The position numbers and the translations under genes are program-made. Below the pieces are notes generated by a model that was not told the origin of the DNA, made no database searches, and saw only the letters and a list, made by a program, of their open reading frames with translations. From a virus (Duplodnaviria > Heunggongvirae > Uroviricota > Caudoviricetes > Herelleviridae), in the IMG/VR virus record IMGVR_UViG_2706796071_000001: a stretch of 64,000 nt of DNA; one strand, written 5' to 3'. Position 1 is the first letter of the stretch; each line of letters starts with the position of its first letter. Of this stretch, positions 8,829 through 17,412 are shown piece after piece.

Positions 8829-8857
8829 AATATACCATAAATTATACTTAATGTCAA
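8829..8857 (-). promoter_or_regulatory. sigma-A-type promoter driving the tRNA/ncRNA unit
   Basis: Minus-strand reading gives AAATTAACTTGACA, a 17-nt spacer, then TATATT. Confidence 0.5.
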
Positions 8858-9402
8858 GTTAATTTATCAATTGAATCTATAATTTTTGATGTGCTACGTA
8901 TATCCGCCTCTTTACTATGTTTAAGGAGATATTTTAATTTCATTAAAAAAGAATTTTTTTCTTTTTCTATAATATCTTCTTTATCCTCATATTCTGAAAA
9001 CATAATGAATTCTATACCTATACTATTTCTATTATGTGAAAACATATTTATAGAAAAAGGTGAATCAAAATTTTTATCATCTTTATTAATACTAAAGTCT
9101 TCAGTAACCTGTAAGTCATTTATTTCAGATATTTCAAAGTAACCATTAACTCTTTTAAGTTCAATATAACTATTGTATCTAAAGTAACGTTGTTCTTCTA
9201 TTAACTTCTCTTTTGTTATATAAGGATATTCATTTATGAATATAGGATTACTTGTTCCATAGTTATCTCTAATATATTCTGCATCCTCTAGGGAATCAGT
9301 ATAACCTAAAATTTCATAACTTGTTGTATACACTGTATCTTCTTCCCACAAGTCATAGTCCATTTCCTCTATTTCTTCTTCTAATATATAAATTTTTTTC
9401 AT
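8854..9402 (-). CDS. hypothetical acidic protein
   Basis: 182-aa ORF. Confidence 0.5.
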   Translation of the reverse strand: MKKIYILEEEIEEMDYDLWEEDTVYTTSYEILGYTDSLEDAEYIRDNYGTSNPIFINEYPYITKEKLIEEQRYFRYNSYIELKRVNGYFEISEINDLQVTEDFSINKDDKNFDSPFSINMFSHNRNSIGIEFIMFSEYEDKEDIIEKEKNSFLMKLKYLLKHSKEADIRSTSKIIDSIDKLT

Positions 9403-9405
9403 ATA

Positions 9406-9624
9406 TTACTCCCAAACCCCGATAAGATTTTTAAGCTTAGCTATAACCTCTTCTTCTGTTTGATAAGAAAATACCCCTGTAATATGTTCATAGTTACCTA
9501 CAATTTCATAATCTTGTGTACCATGTTTATCTACTAAGTATGAGTTATTCATAACATTTAAACTATCTTCTGAGTAACTAAAATTTATGTTATAGTCTAC
9601 TAAAAAATTAATAATATTTTTCAT
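9406..9624 (-). CDS. hypothetical protein
   Basis: 72-aa ORF. RBS gggagtaatatATG. Confidence 0.45.
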   Translation of the reverse strand: MKNIINFLVDYNINFSYSEDSLNVMNNSYLVDKHGTQDYEIVGNYEHITGVFSYQTEEEVIAKLKNLIGVWE

Positions 9625-9819
9625 TTACATAACCTCTCCTATCGGGTATTGTCCTAGCATTCTTGTTCCATTTTCATTATAAAAAGTATATTCTACTACA
9701 ATAATATTCATCATATCTACATATATAGCTTCTATATACGGTGTAATATTTTCCTCTTCTTGTATGTGCTTACCTATGATATCATATAATAATTCTGAGT
9801 GTATTCTTTTATCTCTCAT
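9625..9819 (-). CDS. hypothetical protein
   Basis: 64-aa ORF, translationally coupled to its neighbour. Confidence 0.45.
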   Translation of the reverse strand: MRDKRIHSELLYDIIGKHIQEEENITPYIEAIYVDMMNIIVVEYTFYNENGTRMLGQYPIGEVM

Positions 9820-10546
9820 TATAGACCTCCGTAAGGAATGCTACAGTTTTGTCTTTCAAAGATTTTTCTACTAATTCCATAGCATCTTTATAGTGTTTGA
9901 TATTAGATTCATTAGACTTAAGTTTATCTTTTACTTCTTGAATTAGAGGTTCTACTTTATTAACCAAATCTTTTTTCTTTTCAATACTTACATTACTTCT
10001 CTTGTTATCTAATACTTCTTTTGGCATATACTTAACTTTTGCAAAGTCTTTATAGCTAACATTTAAGTTATCTAAATCATCTAATAAATCATTATAATAT
10101 TCTAAATGATTATAGAATGTGTAAAACTTAACAAGGTCTTTACCTGTTAGCTCTTCTTTTTTTAGTATATTATTGATATTACCAATAACAGAATATGCTA
10201 TAGGCTTAAAATTAGCCCTAACATAAGTTAAAAATATAAAATCATCATAAAACAAGTCTAAAACAGTTTTATTGAATCTAGTATTTTTAGCTTGCTCTAA
10301 TTGAGCACATAAATTAAGGACATTATCAAACCCACTCTTTAATACCAAAGAGATAAATCTTTCCACTGCATAGTACCTAGATACTTCAGTATGTTTGCTT
10401 GCTTTTTCACTATTTCTAAAAATAGTATCTGATAAAGGTTGAACTACTAAACTCATATAATCTTTATCTGAATATTCATCCGATGTTCCTTGATAAGTAC
10501 TTCCAAATTCTATTGTAGATAATAAAAAACTTTTTTCTAAATTCAT
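9809..10546 (-). CDS. nucleotidyltransferase-fold protein (minimal NTase motif plus a helical C-terminal domain)
   Basis: N-terminus FGSTYQGTSDEYSDKDYMSLVV fits the Pol-beta NTase pattern G-S-x(9)-D-x-D. RBS aggaggatgttataATG. Confidence 0.5.
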   Translation of the reverse strand: MNLEKSFLLSTIEFGSTYQGTSDEYSDKDYMSLVVQPLSDTIFRNSEKASKHTEVSRYYAVERFISLVLKSGFDNVLNLCAQLEQAKNTRFNKTVLDLFYDDFIFLTYVRANFKPIAYSVIGNINNILKKEELTGKDLVKFYTFYNHLEYYNDLLDDLDNLNVSYKDFAKVKYMPKEVLDNKRSNVSIEKKKDLVNKVEPLIQEVKDKLKSNESNIKHYKDAMELVEKSLKDKTVAFLTEVYNER

Positions 10547-10608
10547 TATAACATCCTCCTTTTACTTGTTATTATAATACTAACACATATGTTTATTAAT
10601 GTCAAACA

Positions 10609-10713
10609 TTAAATATCTTCTGTTGTGTCAACTTCATCTTGTCTATACTTAAAGTATTCATAAATTTTAAATAGTATAACTCCTAGTGTTATTAATCCTA
10701 AAATATATTTCAT
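10609..10713 (-). CDS. small hydrophobic peptide (34 aa)
   Basis: Strong RBS taaggaggattgttATG. Sequence MKYILGLITLGVILFKIYEYFKYRQDEVDTTEDI. It is below the ORF-track cutoff. Confidence 0.35.
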   Translation of the reverse strand: MKYILGLITLGVILFKIYEYFKYRQDEVDTTEDI

Positions 10714-10734
10714 AACAATCCTCCTTAAAAGTAT

Positions 10735-10971
10735 TTATCCTTCCCATCCTGATAAAGCATCCATAGCCATATCATACTCTTCTTCATTTTTAGTTCTTAT
10801 AATTTTCTCTATTTCTTTTTTTGCTTGTTTAGAGTTCATAAAATCAATATCTACTGTATCTAAATTTGTATAATCAATATTTTCTCTAATAAAGTTCTTT
10901 TGACTTGGTGTTATAGAATTAACTCGTACGTTTTCGTGATTTAAAAATTGATAGAAGTCCATACTATTCAC
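10735..10971 (-). CDS. hypothetical protein
   Basis: 78-aa ORF overlapping the upstream gene. Confidence 0.45.
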   Translation of the reverse strand: MNSMDFYQFLNHENVRVNSITPSQKNFIRENIDYTNLDTVDIDFMNSKQAKKEIEKIIRTKNEEEYDMAMDALSGWEG

Positions 10972-11353
10972 CTTCTTTTAAACAGTCTGCCATATCTTTT
11001 AAAGTATTAAGTACATATTTCAAATCTCTATAATAACTATCAGAAAAACTAATAACAGCATACGGTGTCATATCACTATAGTGCGCACAATCAAAACCTA
11101 ATACTCTATAGTCACCTTCATGTTCATCATATGTTATACCTCCATGAGAACAATCTTCTATACTATTAAACTGTTCTTTGGTTATATTCGTAGGCACATT
11201 AATATAACCATTTAGATGTCCTGAATGAGGGTGACGTTTAACAGTTAGGTTTATTCCCTTATAATCTATATTTAAGGTTAAGTCCTCTCCTAATATATTA
11301 TCCTCTTTATCTATAATTTCCATAATATGCTCCGGCGCTTTTCCAAACATCAT
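10964..11353 (-). CDS. hypothetical protein with a possible metal-binding His/Cys cluster
   Basis: 129 aa. Contains HPHSGH ... CSHGG ... GFDCAHYSD. RBS aggaggaattatgATG. Confidence 0.5.
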   Translation of the reverse strand: MMFGKAPEHIMEIIDKEDNILGEDLTLNIDYKGINLTVKRHPHSGHLNGYINVPTNITKEQFNSIEDCSHGGITYDEHEGDYRVLGFDCAHYSDMTPYAVISFSDSYYRDLKYVLNTLKDMADCLKEGE

Positions 11354-11409
11354 AATTCCTCCTTTTTATTTATACTTTTACTATACACTACTTTTTCTAT
11401 TTTGTCAAC

Positions 11410-11438
11410 AAAAAAAGGCTACTAATTAAAGTAGCCTA
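11410..11438 (-). terminator. rho-independent terminator
   Basis: Plus-strand A7 followed by hairpin aggctactaattaaagtagcct, giving a U-run on the minus strand. Confidence 0.5.
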
Positions 11439-11446
11439 AGAATTAA

Positions 11447-11620
11447 TTATTTAGCGTTATATTTCCATTGCCAATAACCATTTTTCTGTGAGAACTCAAA
11501 GTGAAAACCGTCATAGTCAAATTCAATATTATAGTCTCCATCTTGAAGTGGTTTTGAATTTAGTACAGGACTATTACTCTTTGCCAATTCTGCTAGAAAC
11601 TCATGATTTACTTTTTCCAT
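11447..11620 (-). CDS. small hypothetical protein (57 aa)
   Basis: RBS aggaggaataaaccctATG. Sequence MEKVNHEFLAELAKSN...YWQWKYNAK. Below the ORF-track cutoff. Confidence 0.35.
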   Translation of the reverse strand: MEKVNHEFLAELAKSNSPVLNSKPLQDGDYNIEFDYDGFHFEFSQKNGYWQWKYNAK

Positions 11621-11660
11621 AGGGTTTATTCCTCCTAATTATTCTTACAGTACTAATATA

Positions 11661-12143
11661 TCACAGGTCTTTTTCTAGGTCGTTTTTAAATTTCTCCTCA
11701 TAAGAGCTAGCATAAGTTACTTCATAACCTATTACCTTAGTATAATCTATGCAAAGTAATTTATAATTGGACTTTATTTTAATATCCTCTGATTGTTCTA
11801 TTTTATTGATAACTTCATTTAGCTCATCCGAAGAGTAATGTTCATTATCAACTTTTATTGTTTTTCCTTGGGTATAGACATCAATTTCTTGTATCATCAT
11901 TTCATCCTTTTGATTATTCATTATTTGATTATAAGTTTCTAAGTCATCAATGTTATTTGTGTCTGAACCTTTTACTAACCATTCTCCTCTCTTCTTAAGG
12001 AGGTCATCAAACTTCTCATGCTCTTTAATTATCTTCTCTACTTCACTTGGTATTAGAACAGCTCTAGCGTAATTTATATGCCACATAGACATATTATCAA
12101 CAAGATAATTAACCATTCTTATAAGTTCCTTCTCATTTGCCAT
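11661..12143 (-). CDS. hypothetical protein
   Basis: 160-aa ORF. RBS aggaggttggtatATG. Confidence 0.5.
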   Translation of the reverse strand: MANEKELIRMVNYLVDNMSMWHINYARAVLIPSEVEKIIKEHEKFDDLLKKRGEWLVKGSDTNNIDDLETYNQIMNNQKDEMMIQEIDVYTQGKTIKVDNEHYSSDELNEVINKIEQSEDIKIKSNYKLLCIDYTKVIGYEVTYASSYEEKFKNDLEKDL

Positions 12144-12192
12144 ATACCAACCTCCTTATATCTAATACTAATATAAGAGAAAAGCAGACTTA

Positions 12193-12735
12193 TTAAAAGT
12201 CTGCTTCTGTACCTAATTCTAATCTTCTATTTTTCATATGAGGAATCATTTTTCTATCTCCTGTTAATAGAGATAATTCTCTAGCTTTTTCTTTAGATAA
12301 TGTTAATAGTCCATTATAATTATCTACTTTCTTATTATATTCCATAATTAAGCGCTCTAGCTCATATGATATATCTTCTAGTTCTCCTGATTTAACTCCA
12401 AGTAACTTTCTATACATATCATAATCTTCAGAAAGACTTTCTACTTTATTTTTAGATACAGAATCATAAACTGCTTGTAAATTACCTTCTTCAATAAGTT
12501 TAAAGTTATGTTCACCTATGATTAATTCTTCCTCAGAAGAATCAAGCGTTACTAATCCACTTGTATTACCTGTAAAGTCACCTTTATAATCTACAACAAT
12601 ACCTTCAGTTACTTTGTCACCTAATTCAATAGTCCCATCTTCATTTTCTTTAAATTTATGAGCATCATATACTTCTACTTTGTCACCTAATCTCAAATCT
12701 TGAGTTAAGTTATGTTTACCAATAATTCTATCCAT
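12193..12735 (-). CDS. hypothetical protein
   Basis: 180-aa ORF, translationally coupled to the upstream gene. Confidence 0.5.
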   Translation of the reverse strand: MDRIIGKHNLTQDLRLGDKVEVYDAHKFKENEDGTIELGDKVTEGIVVDYKGDFTGNTSGLVTLDSSEEELIIGEHNFKLIEEGNLQAVYDSVSKNKVESLSEDYDMYRKLLGVKSGELEDISYELERLIMEYNKKVDNYNGLLTLSKEKARELSLLTGDRKMIPHMKNRRLELGTEADF

Positions 12736-13265
12736 TACTCAATCTCTCCTTTATTAATAGGGTCTTGTGTTAAGAACATTTCTAGATTCTCTTTTGTAAT
12801 AGGTAACCAAAAATATTTACTTTCCGGAATTGTAATTGTATAGAAATCCTCATCTTTGTTAACTTTAATATTAACATCTGTAAACTCATCCTGCATTAAC
12901 CAATGAGTTACAGTTAAGTTATATGAACCATCACTAACATAACCTAAATCAATATCATGTCTAAAAGCTAAATCTTCTAAGTGCTCTAATAAGTCATTCT
13001 TCTCATTTTGTTCTTCTTCTGTATTATTTTTAATTGGATTAATTAACTCTGTGCAAACGATATCATACAACTCACCATCTGTAACCTCATAATTCTTTTC
13101 TATTAACACATCTTGTATTTTATTAATTGAGTTTGTAACTACTGCTCCATATTCTTCTTCTGTAAAATTACATTTATCTAAATCAACATCTGTAATTAAT
13201 TCTGCAATCCATTTATTTAAAATTGATACCGCCATTGTTCTAGAAATAATACTATCATATACCAT
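12735..13265 (-). CDS. hypothetical protein
   Basis: 176-aa ORF. RBS aaggagattaaataaATATG. Confidence 0.5.
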   Translation of the reverse strand: MVYDSIISRTMAVSILNKWIAELITDVDLDKCNFTEEEYGAVVTNSINKIQDVLIEKNYEVTDGELYDIVCTELINPIKNNTEEEQNEKNDLLEHLEDLAFRHDIDLGYVSDGSYNLTVTHWLMQDEFTDVNIKVNKDEDFYTITIPESKYFWLPITKENLEMFLTQDPINKGEIE

Positions 13266-13434
13266 ATTTATTTAATCTCCTTGTTTAGGTGAATGTGGTC
13301 TTCTAATGAAAAATCAAAAGGCGCTACACCATTTCTTTTATTGCTTGTTTCTTTTTTAAGTATAACACAAGTTAGTGAAAAAGTCAAGATAGTTACTACA
13401 ACTATTGATAGAAGTTTAATTAGGTTCTTCATAA

Positions 13435-13722
13435 TTATTCTAACTCCTTAAGTTTATTTTTTATTTTATCTTTGTCATAATTGTATTGTTTTTCCGTTTC
13501 TTTGTTTTCATCATCTTCTTTTTTAGCATCTATTTCTCTGTATTTAGCTTCTTCTACCTTACTGCCATCTTTCTTATTAGGTTCAGATTTATCTAAATAT
13601 GAATTAGGTTTATTTTTACCATTGTAATTTTTACTTTTATTTTTTAAAAATAACCAAAGTATTATCATTATAATAAGTAAGATGATGATGCTCAATACTA
13701 CAGCCCAAATATTATTAGTCAT
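13435..13722 (-). CDS. membrane-anchored Lys/Glu-rich protein
   Basis: 95 aa with an N-terminal transmembrane helix and a charged tail. Confidence 0.5.
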   Translation of the reverse strand: MTNNIWAVVLSIIILLIIMIILWLFLKNKSKNYNGKNKPNSYLDKSEPNKKDGSKVEEAKYREIDAKKEDDENKETEKQYNYDKDKIKNKLKELE

Positions 13723-14567
13723 TATAGTCTACCTCCAAATAGTTTTTTTATAGCTTTTAAGTTTTCTGATGACTCATTGTTTATATGAATACCTGTACTT
13801 GAATCGAAAATAACAGCATTATCAAGTAAGTGTTCTTTAAGTTCATTTTCATAACTTCCTTTACCTACTACACTACCATAACCATCATGTGTTAAATCAG
13901 TCATATCAGATTCAACTTCTAATACTCTAAACGATACTCTACGTAAAAATGATGGGTTTACTAAGTAAAAGGATGATTTAAAAACATTTAATCTTTGATA
14001 AGAATGTTTTATATTAACAACAAACCCAGTAAGTTTATCATTATAACTTGAGTTTGATAACTTACCTAAATATAAATTTATACTATACCCTTTTGTTTCT
14101 AAAGTTTGTATAGCACTAAGCAGTATAGCTCCTCTATAAGCAAGATTCTCAGGGTCTTCCATCCAACTTATACTAGAATTATAGAATACATCAATAACTT
14201 TCTTCTCTGCTTTAACTCTCTGTTGAGACATCATAGAATTAGGTAAACCTTTTATAGCGTTAGGTACATGAGGTTGATAACCTTCAGGAGCCACAACTGG
14301 TTTTCTTTTTACAGATTTATCCATTCTGAATAATGCATCTGTCATCTTTTTAAGCTTAACAACCATATCATAGGATTCTCTATCTCCTTTAACCATTAAG
14401 TTATAAGCTTCATTAAAGCTATGAGTACCTGTAAAGTCATAGCTACCTGTATCTGATGAATTGTCCCTACCTGAAACTCTATTCTTTTTTAAAGCAGAAA
14501 AGAAATCAGGTAGACCATCATATTTAATTACATTTAATTCTGAGTTATCTATTAATCGTCTACCCAT
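13722..14567 (-). CDS. hypothetical protein, apparently co-operonic with the AAA ATPase
   Basis: 281-aa ORF. RBS aggaggaaaaaacaATG. It sits directly downstream of the ATPase gene. Confidence 0.55.
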   Translation of the reverse strand: MGRRLIDNSELNVIKYDGLPDFFSALKKNRVSGRDNSSDTGSYDFTGTHSFNEAYNLMVKGDRESYDMVVKLKKMTDALFRMDKSVKRKPVVAPEGYQPHVPNAIKGLPNSMMSQQRVKAEKKVIDVFYNSSISWMEDPENLAYRGAILLSAIQTLETKGYSINLYLGKLSNSSYNDKLTGFVVNIKHSYQRLNVFKSSFYLVNPSFLRRVSFRVLEVESDMTDLTHDGYGSVVGKGSYENELKEHLLDNAVIFDSSTGIHINNESSENLKAIKKLFGGRL

Positions 14568-14579
14568 TGTTTTTTCCTC

Positions 14580-15698
14580 CTATTCTAATCCTAGTTTATC
14601 CATGATAGTGTCAAAGTCCATTGAATCACTAGATGGACTTTGAGTTTTTCTTGGTTCTTGTTTAGGTTCTTGTTTAATACCTAAAAGATTTTTTGTTGCT
14701 TCTGTGTATCTGTTATCTTCAGGTAAAGAGCTAATAAATTGATTAATTTCATCTTTAGGTACAGACTTGAAGATGATACTTTCTACAACAAACTCATCGT
14801 CCATTACTCCATCTAATTTACTTCCATTAATAATTGCACGCATTGAAAAGACATAAGGTAATCCTTTTTCATCGTTCTCATATCTTAATTTTTGTACAAA
14901 GTTTACTAAATCCTCATTACTTGATAGTTGGTGTTCTACCTTATTATCATAATCAAATTCAACTTGAGCAAAACGGTCTAATGTAGCTCCATCCAGTTGC
15001 TGTCTTCCTACATAAATGTGGTCTGCCCCAGTTCCCATAGTATTACCTGCTGATACTACTCTAAAGTCTTCATGTGCTGTCACACGACCAATAGGGAAGT
15101 CAAAGTATTTATTTGCAATAGCTGAGTTAAGAATTAGTAATACTTCAGGGATAGATGCATCCATCTCATCTAGGAAGAATAATCCTCCATTTGTAAATGC
15201 TTTATAAAACTGAGTTTCATGAAACTTACCATTTGCGTCAATAAATCCTGTTAATTTAAATTCTTGAGTGATTGCATTACTGAAATAGAAATCTAAGTCT
15301 AGAGCTTCTGCTACTTGCTCTAATACATGGTTCTTGCCTGAACCTGCTCCACCTTTTAAAAACACTGGAATATTTTGATTAACTAGTTTTAATATATCTT
15401 GATATCTATAATGGAAGATTCCTGAGATATCTTTAATTGTTTTACCTTCTTGTTGTAATTCAATCTTAACTGGTAGATTATTAAGTTGCTCCTCTACATA
15501 TTCTTCAATTTGTTTTTTAACATCAGTAATAATTATTTCTCTACTCTCAGTTCCTGCTTTCTCTACAATTGCATCTACAATTGCTTGTTCATAAGGGTTA
15601 GAGTTTTTCTCTCCTAGTTTATCTGCTAAGTCTTTCGTTGTCTGCATTTGTTGTTCTACTAATCTCTCTAATCTTTCAATAGTATCTTGCTTTGCCAT
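14580..15698 (-). CDS. AAA+ ATPase (MoxR-like). The start is revised to the internal ATG, MAKQDTIERLE.
   Basis: Walker A reads VFLKGGAGSGKNHV and Walker B reads LFFLDEMD. The longer track ORF (to 15743) would swallow the promoter. An RBS aaaggagaatgataaat precedes the ATG at 15698. Confidence 0.7.
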   Translation of the reverse strand: MAKQDTIERLERLVEQQMQTTKDLADKLGEKNSNPYEQAIVDAIVEKAGTESREIIITDVKKQIEEYVEEQLNNLPVKIELQQEGKTIKDISGIFHYRYQDILKLVNQNIPVFLKGGAGSGKNHVLEQVAEALDLDFYFSNAITQEFKLTGFIDANGKFHETQFYKAFTNGGLFFLDEMDASIPEVLLILNSAIANKYFDFPIGRVTAHEDFRVVSAGNTMGTGADHIYVGRQQLDGATLDRFAQVEFDYDNKVEHQLSSNEDLVNFVQKLRYENDEKGLPYVFSMRAIINGSKLDGVMDDEFVVESIIFKSVPKDEINQFISSLPEDNRYTEATKNLLGIKQEPKQEPRKTQSPSSDSMDFDTIMDKLGLE

Positions 15699-15731
15699 AT
15701 TTATCATTCTCCTTTGATTTGTTATACATTT

Positions 15732-15760
15732 ATTATAATACAAGTATTTTCATTTGTCAA
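15732..15760 (-). promoter_or_regulatory. consensus sigma-A promoter (TTGACA-17-TATAAT)
   Basis: rc 15732-15760 reads TTGACAaatgaaaatacttgtatTATAAT. Confidence 0.65.
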
Positions 15761-15850
15761 CAACTTTCTAAAACTTTTTTAGTTGCTAATAAAAAAATTA
15801 CCTTACACCTATAACTTAACATAGGGTAAGGTAATTGTCAACACTTTTAA

Positions 15851-16192
15851 CTAAAAATACATTAATTTAAAAAAATCATCTATATCTTTAGCACCATGTG
15901 TATCCATATCATACATAAACATACAATTATATGTATGTTTATTCACTATTTCTAGCATATTGTGCATAGAAGTTGCATTATTGAATTCCTCTAAATCAAT
16001 AGTTATTGTAAGTTCTTGACCTTCATAAAGTATGTTTGCTATATAGTATGTTTTAACTCCTTCCATTGTTCCGTGGGAAGTTTCATTATGATTAAGAACT
16101 TCTATACCTAATGAAGGTAAATAATCTGAAAAATAGTATTTGCAGAAATATATAAAATTGTCTGTTCTTTTAGACACGAGTACTATCCCCAT
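15851..16192 (-). CDS. hypothetical protein
   Basis: 113-aa ORF. Confidence 0.45.
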   Translation of the reverse strand: MGIVLVSKRTDNFIYFCKYYFSDYLPSLGIEVLNHNETSHGTMEGVKTYYIANILYEGQELTITIDLEEFNNATSMHNMLEIVNKHTYNCMFMYDMDTHGAKDIDDFFKLMYF

Positions 16193-16586
16193 ATTTTATA
16201 TTTCTTTCTAATCTTACATAATATGTTTTAATCTTTTGAACTTCTTTGTCTACTGCATCTTTTCTTCCTAATCTTGTAGTATATTTTACAATATTAAATA
16301 TCATAGAATCAACAAAACCGTCATAAGAAAAGTGCTCTTCTAGAAAAGAAATAACATCCTTACTACCTTTATAGTGCTCAGGTAAATGTGCATGTACTTG
16401 TATATTATAGTAGTCTTCTAAAAGACCTATACTTTCACCAAGACTAGATAAAGCATAACCTAAATCATTGGAATCATTAGACCATTCTTTAGATACTGAT
16501 AACGCATCTTCTATAATTGTTATTTTTAATTTATCTAAGTAATCTTCTACTTGAGCTTGTGTTTTCATAAATTCTTTTGCGTTCAT
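16170..16586 (-). CDS. hypothetical protein
   Basis: 138-aa ORF. RBS aggagggtattaaATG. Confidence 0.5.
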   Translation of the reverse strand: MNAKEFMKTQAQVEDYLDKLKITIIEDALSVSKEWSNDSNDLGYALSSLGESIGLLEDYYNIQVHAHLPEHYKGSKDVISFLEEHFSYDGFVDSMIFNIVKYTTRLGRKDAVDKEVQKIKTYYVRLERNIKYGDSTRV

Positions 16587-16717
16587 TTAATACCCTCCTA
16601 AATTATATAAAAAAACACCCTGCTTGGATACAAGCAAGGTGAAAAAGGAAAGATATTATGGAAGTGTACTATCTAAGTACACCTCATAATATAACAGTTT
16701 TCCTTGCTAGTTATTAC

Positions 16718-17020
16718 TTATTTTTTAAGGTCTTCTTCTTTAACAAACACTCCGTTAATAAGCTTACCTTTCCTGTCTTTTATCTCATCATAAGCCATAT
16801 CAATACACTCTTCAATATCTATATCTAATTGTAAACATAGTACTGTTAATACTACAAAAATATCTCCTACACTATCTCGTGTTACATGGTCATTACTTTT
16901 AGCAATACCTGAAGCTAATTCTCCTGCTTCTTCTAATAACTTTAACATTTGACCTTCAGGTTTACCTGTTTGTAAATTTCTATCTTTTGCCCATTGCTTA
17001 ATAAGTTCTACTTTTTCCAT
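16718..17020 (-). CDS. mazG: MazG-like nucleoside triphosphate pyrophosphohydrolase
   Basis: MazG-like core LLEEAGELASGI ... GDIFVVLTVLC ... DIEE. Confidence 0.7.
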   Translation of the reverse strand: MEKVELIKQWAKDRNLQTGKPEGQMLKLLEEAGELASGIAKSNDHVTRDSVGDIFVVLTVLCLQLDIDIEECIDMAYDEIKDRKGKLINGVFVKEEDLKK

Positions 17021-17208
17021 TATTCTATATCTCCTTTAATTTCTGTATCTTTTATAATTAGATTATCAGAATCACTTATTACAGTTAAATTATCTTCGAC
17101 TAATTCATGTAGGTTATTAGTAATATCTTCTTCATACCTATAACCTACACGAACATAAGCTTTCACCCTGACATCTATATTAACATAATCTTCTTGGAAT
17201 TTTTCCAT
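17020..17208 (-). CDS. hypothetical small protein
   Basis: 62 aa. RBS aaaggaagttagaaATG. A consensus promoter lies directly upstream. Confidence 0.45.
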   Translation of the reverse strand: MEKFQEDYVNIDVRVKAYVRVGYRYEEDITNNLHELVEDNLTVISDSDNLIIKDTEIKGDIE

Positions 17209-17222
17209 TTCTAACTTCCTTT

Positions 17223-17251
17223 ATTATACCATATTGTTATACTTTTGTCAA
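17223..17251 (-). promoter_or_regulatory. consensus sigma-A promoter
   Basis: rc reads TTGACAaaagtataacaatatggTATAAT. Confidence 0.65.
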
Positions 17252-17412
17252 TTAATCTGAGTAGTTTCCTTTGGCAAGTTGATACTTTTTGTGTAATTCT
17301 TCATATAATTCTCTCATACCTTCATAGTTTCTCATATCATCTTCCAAGAAACTAAGATAATCTAATAATACTTTTACATCTTCAGGCTCTAAAGTTATAA
17401 CTGGTTTGACCA

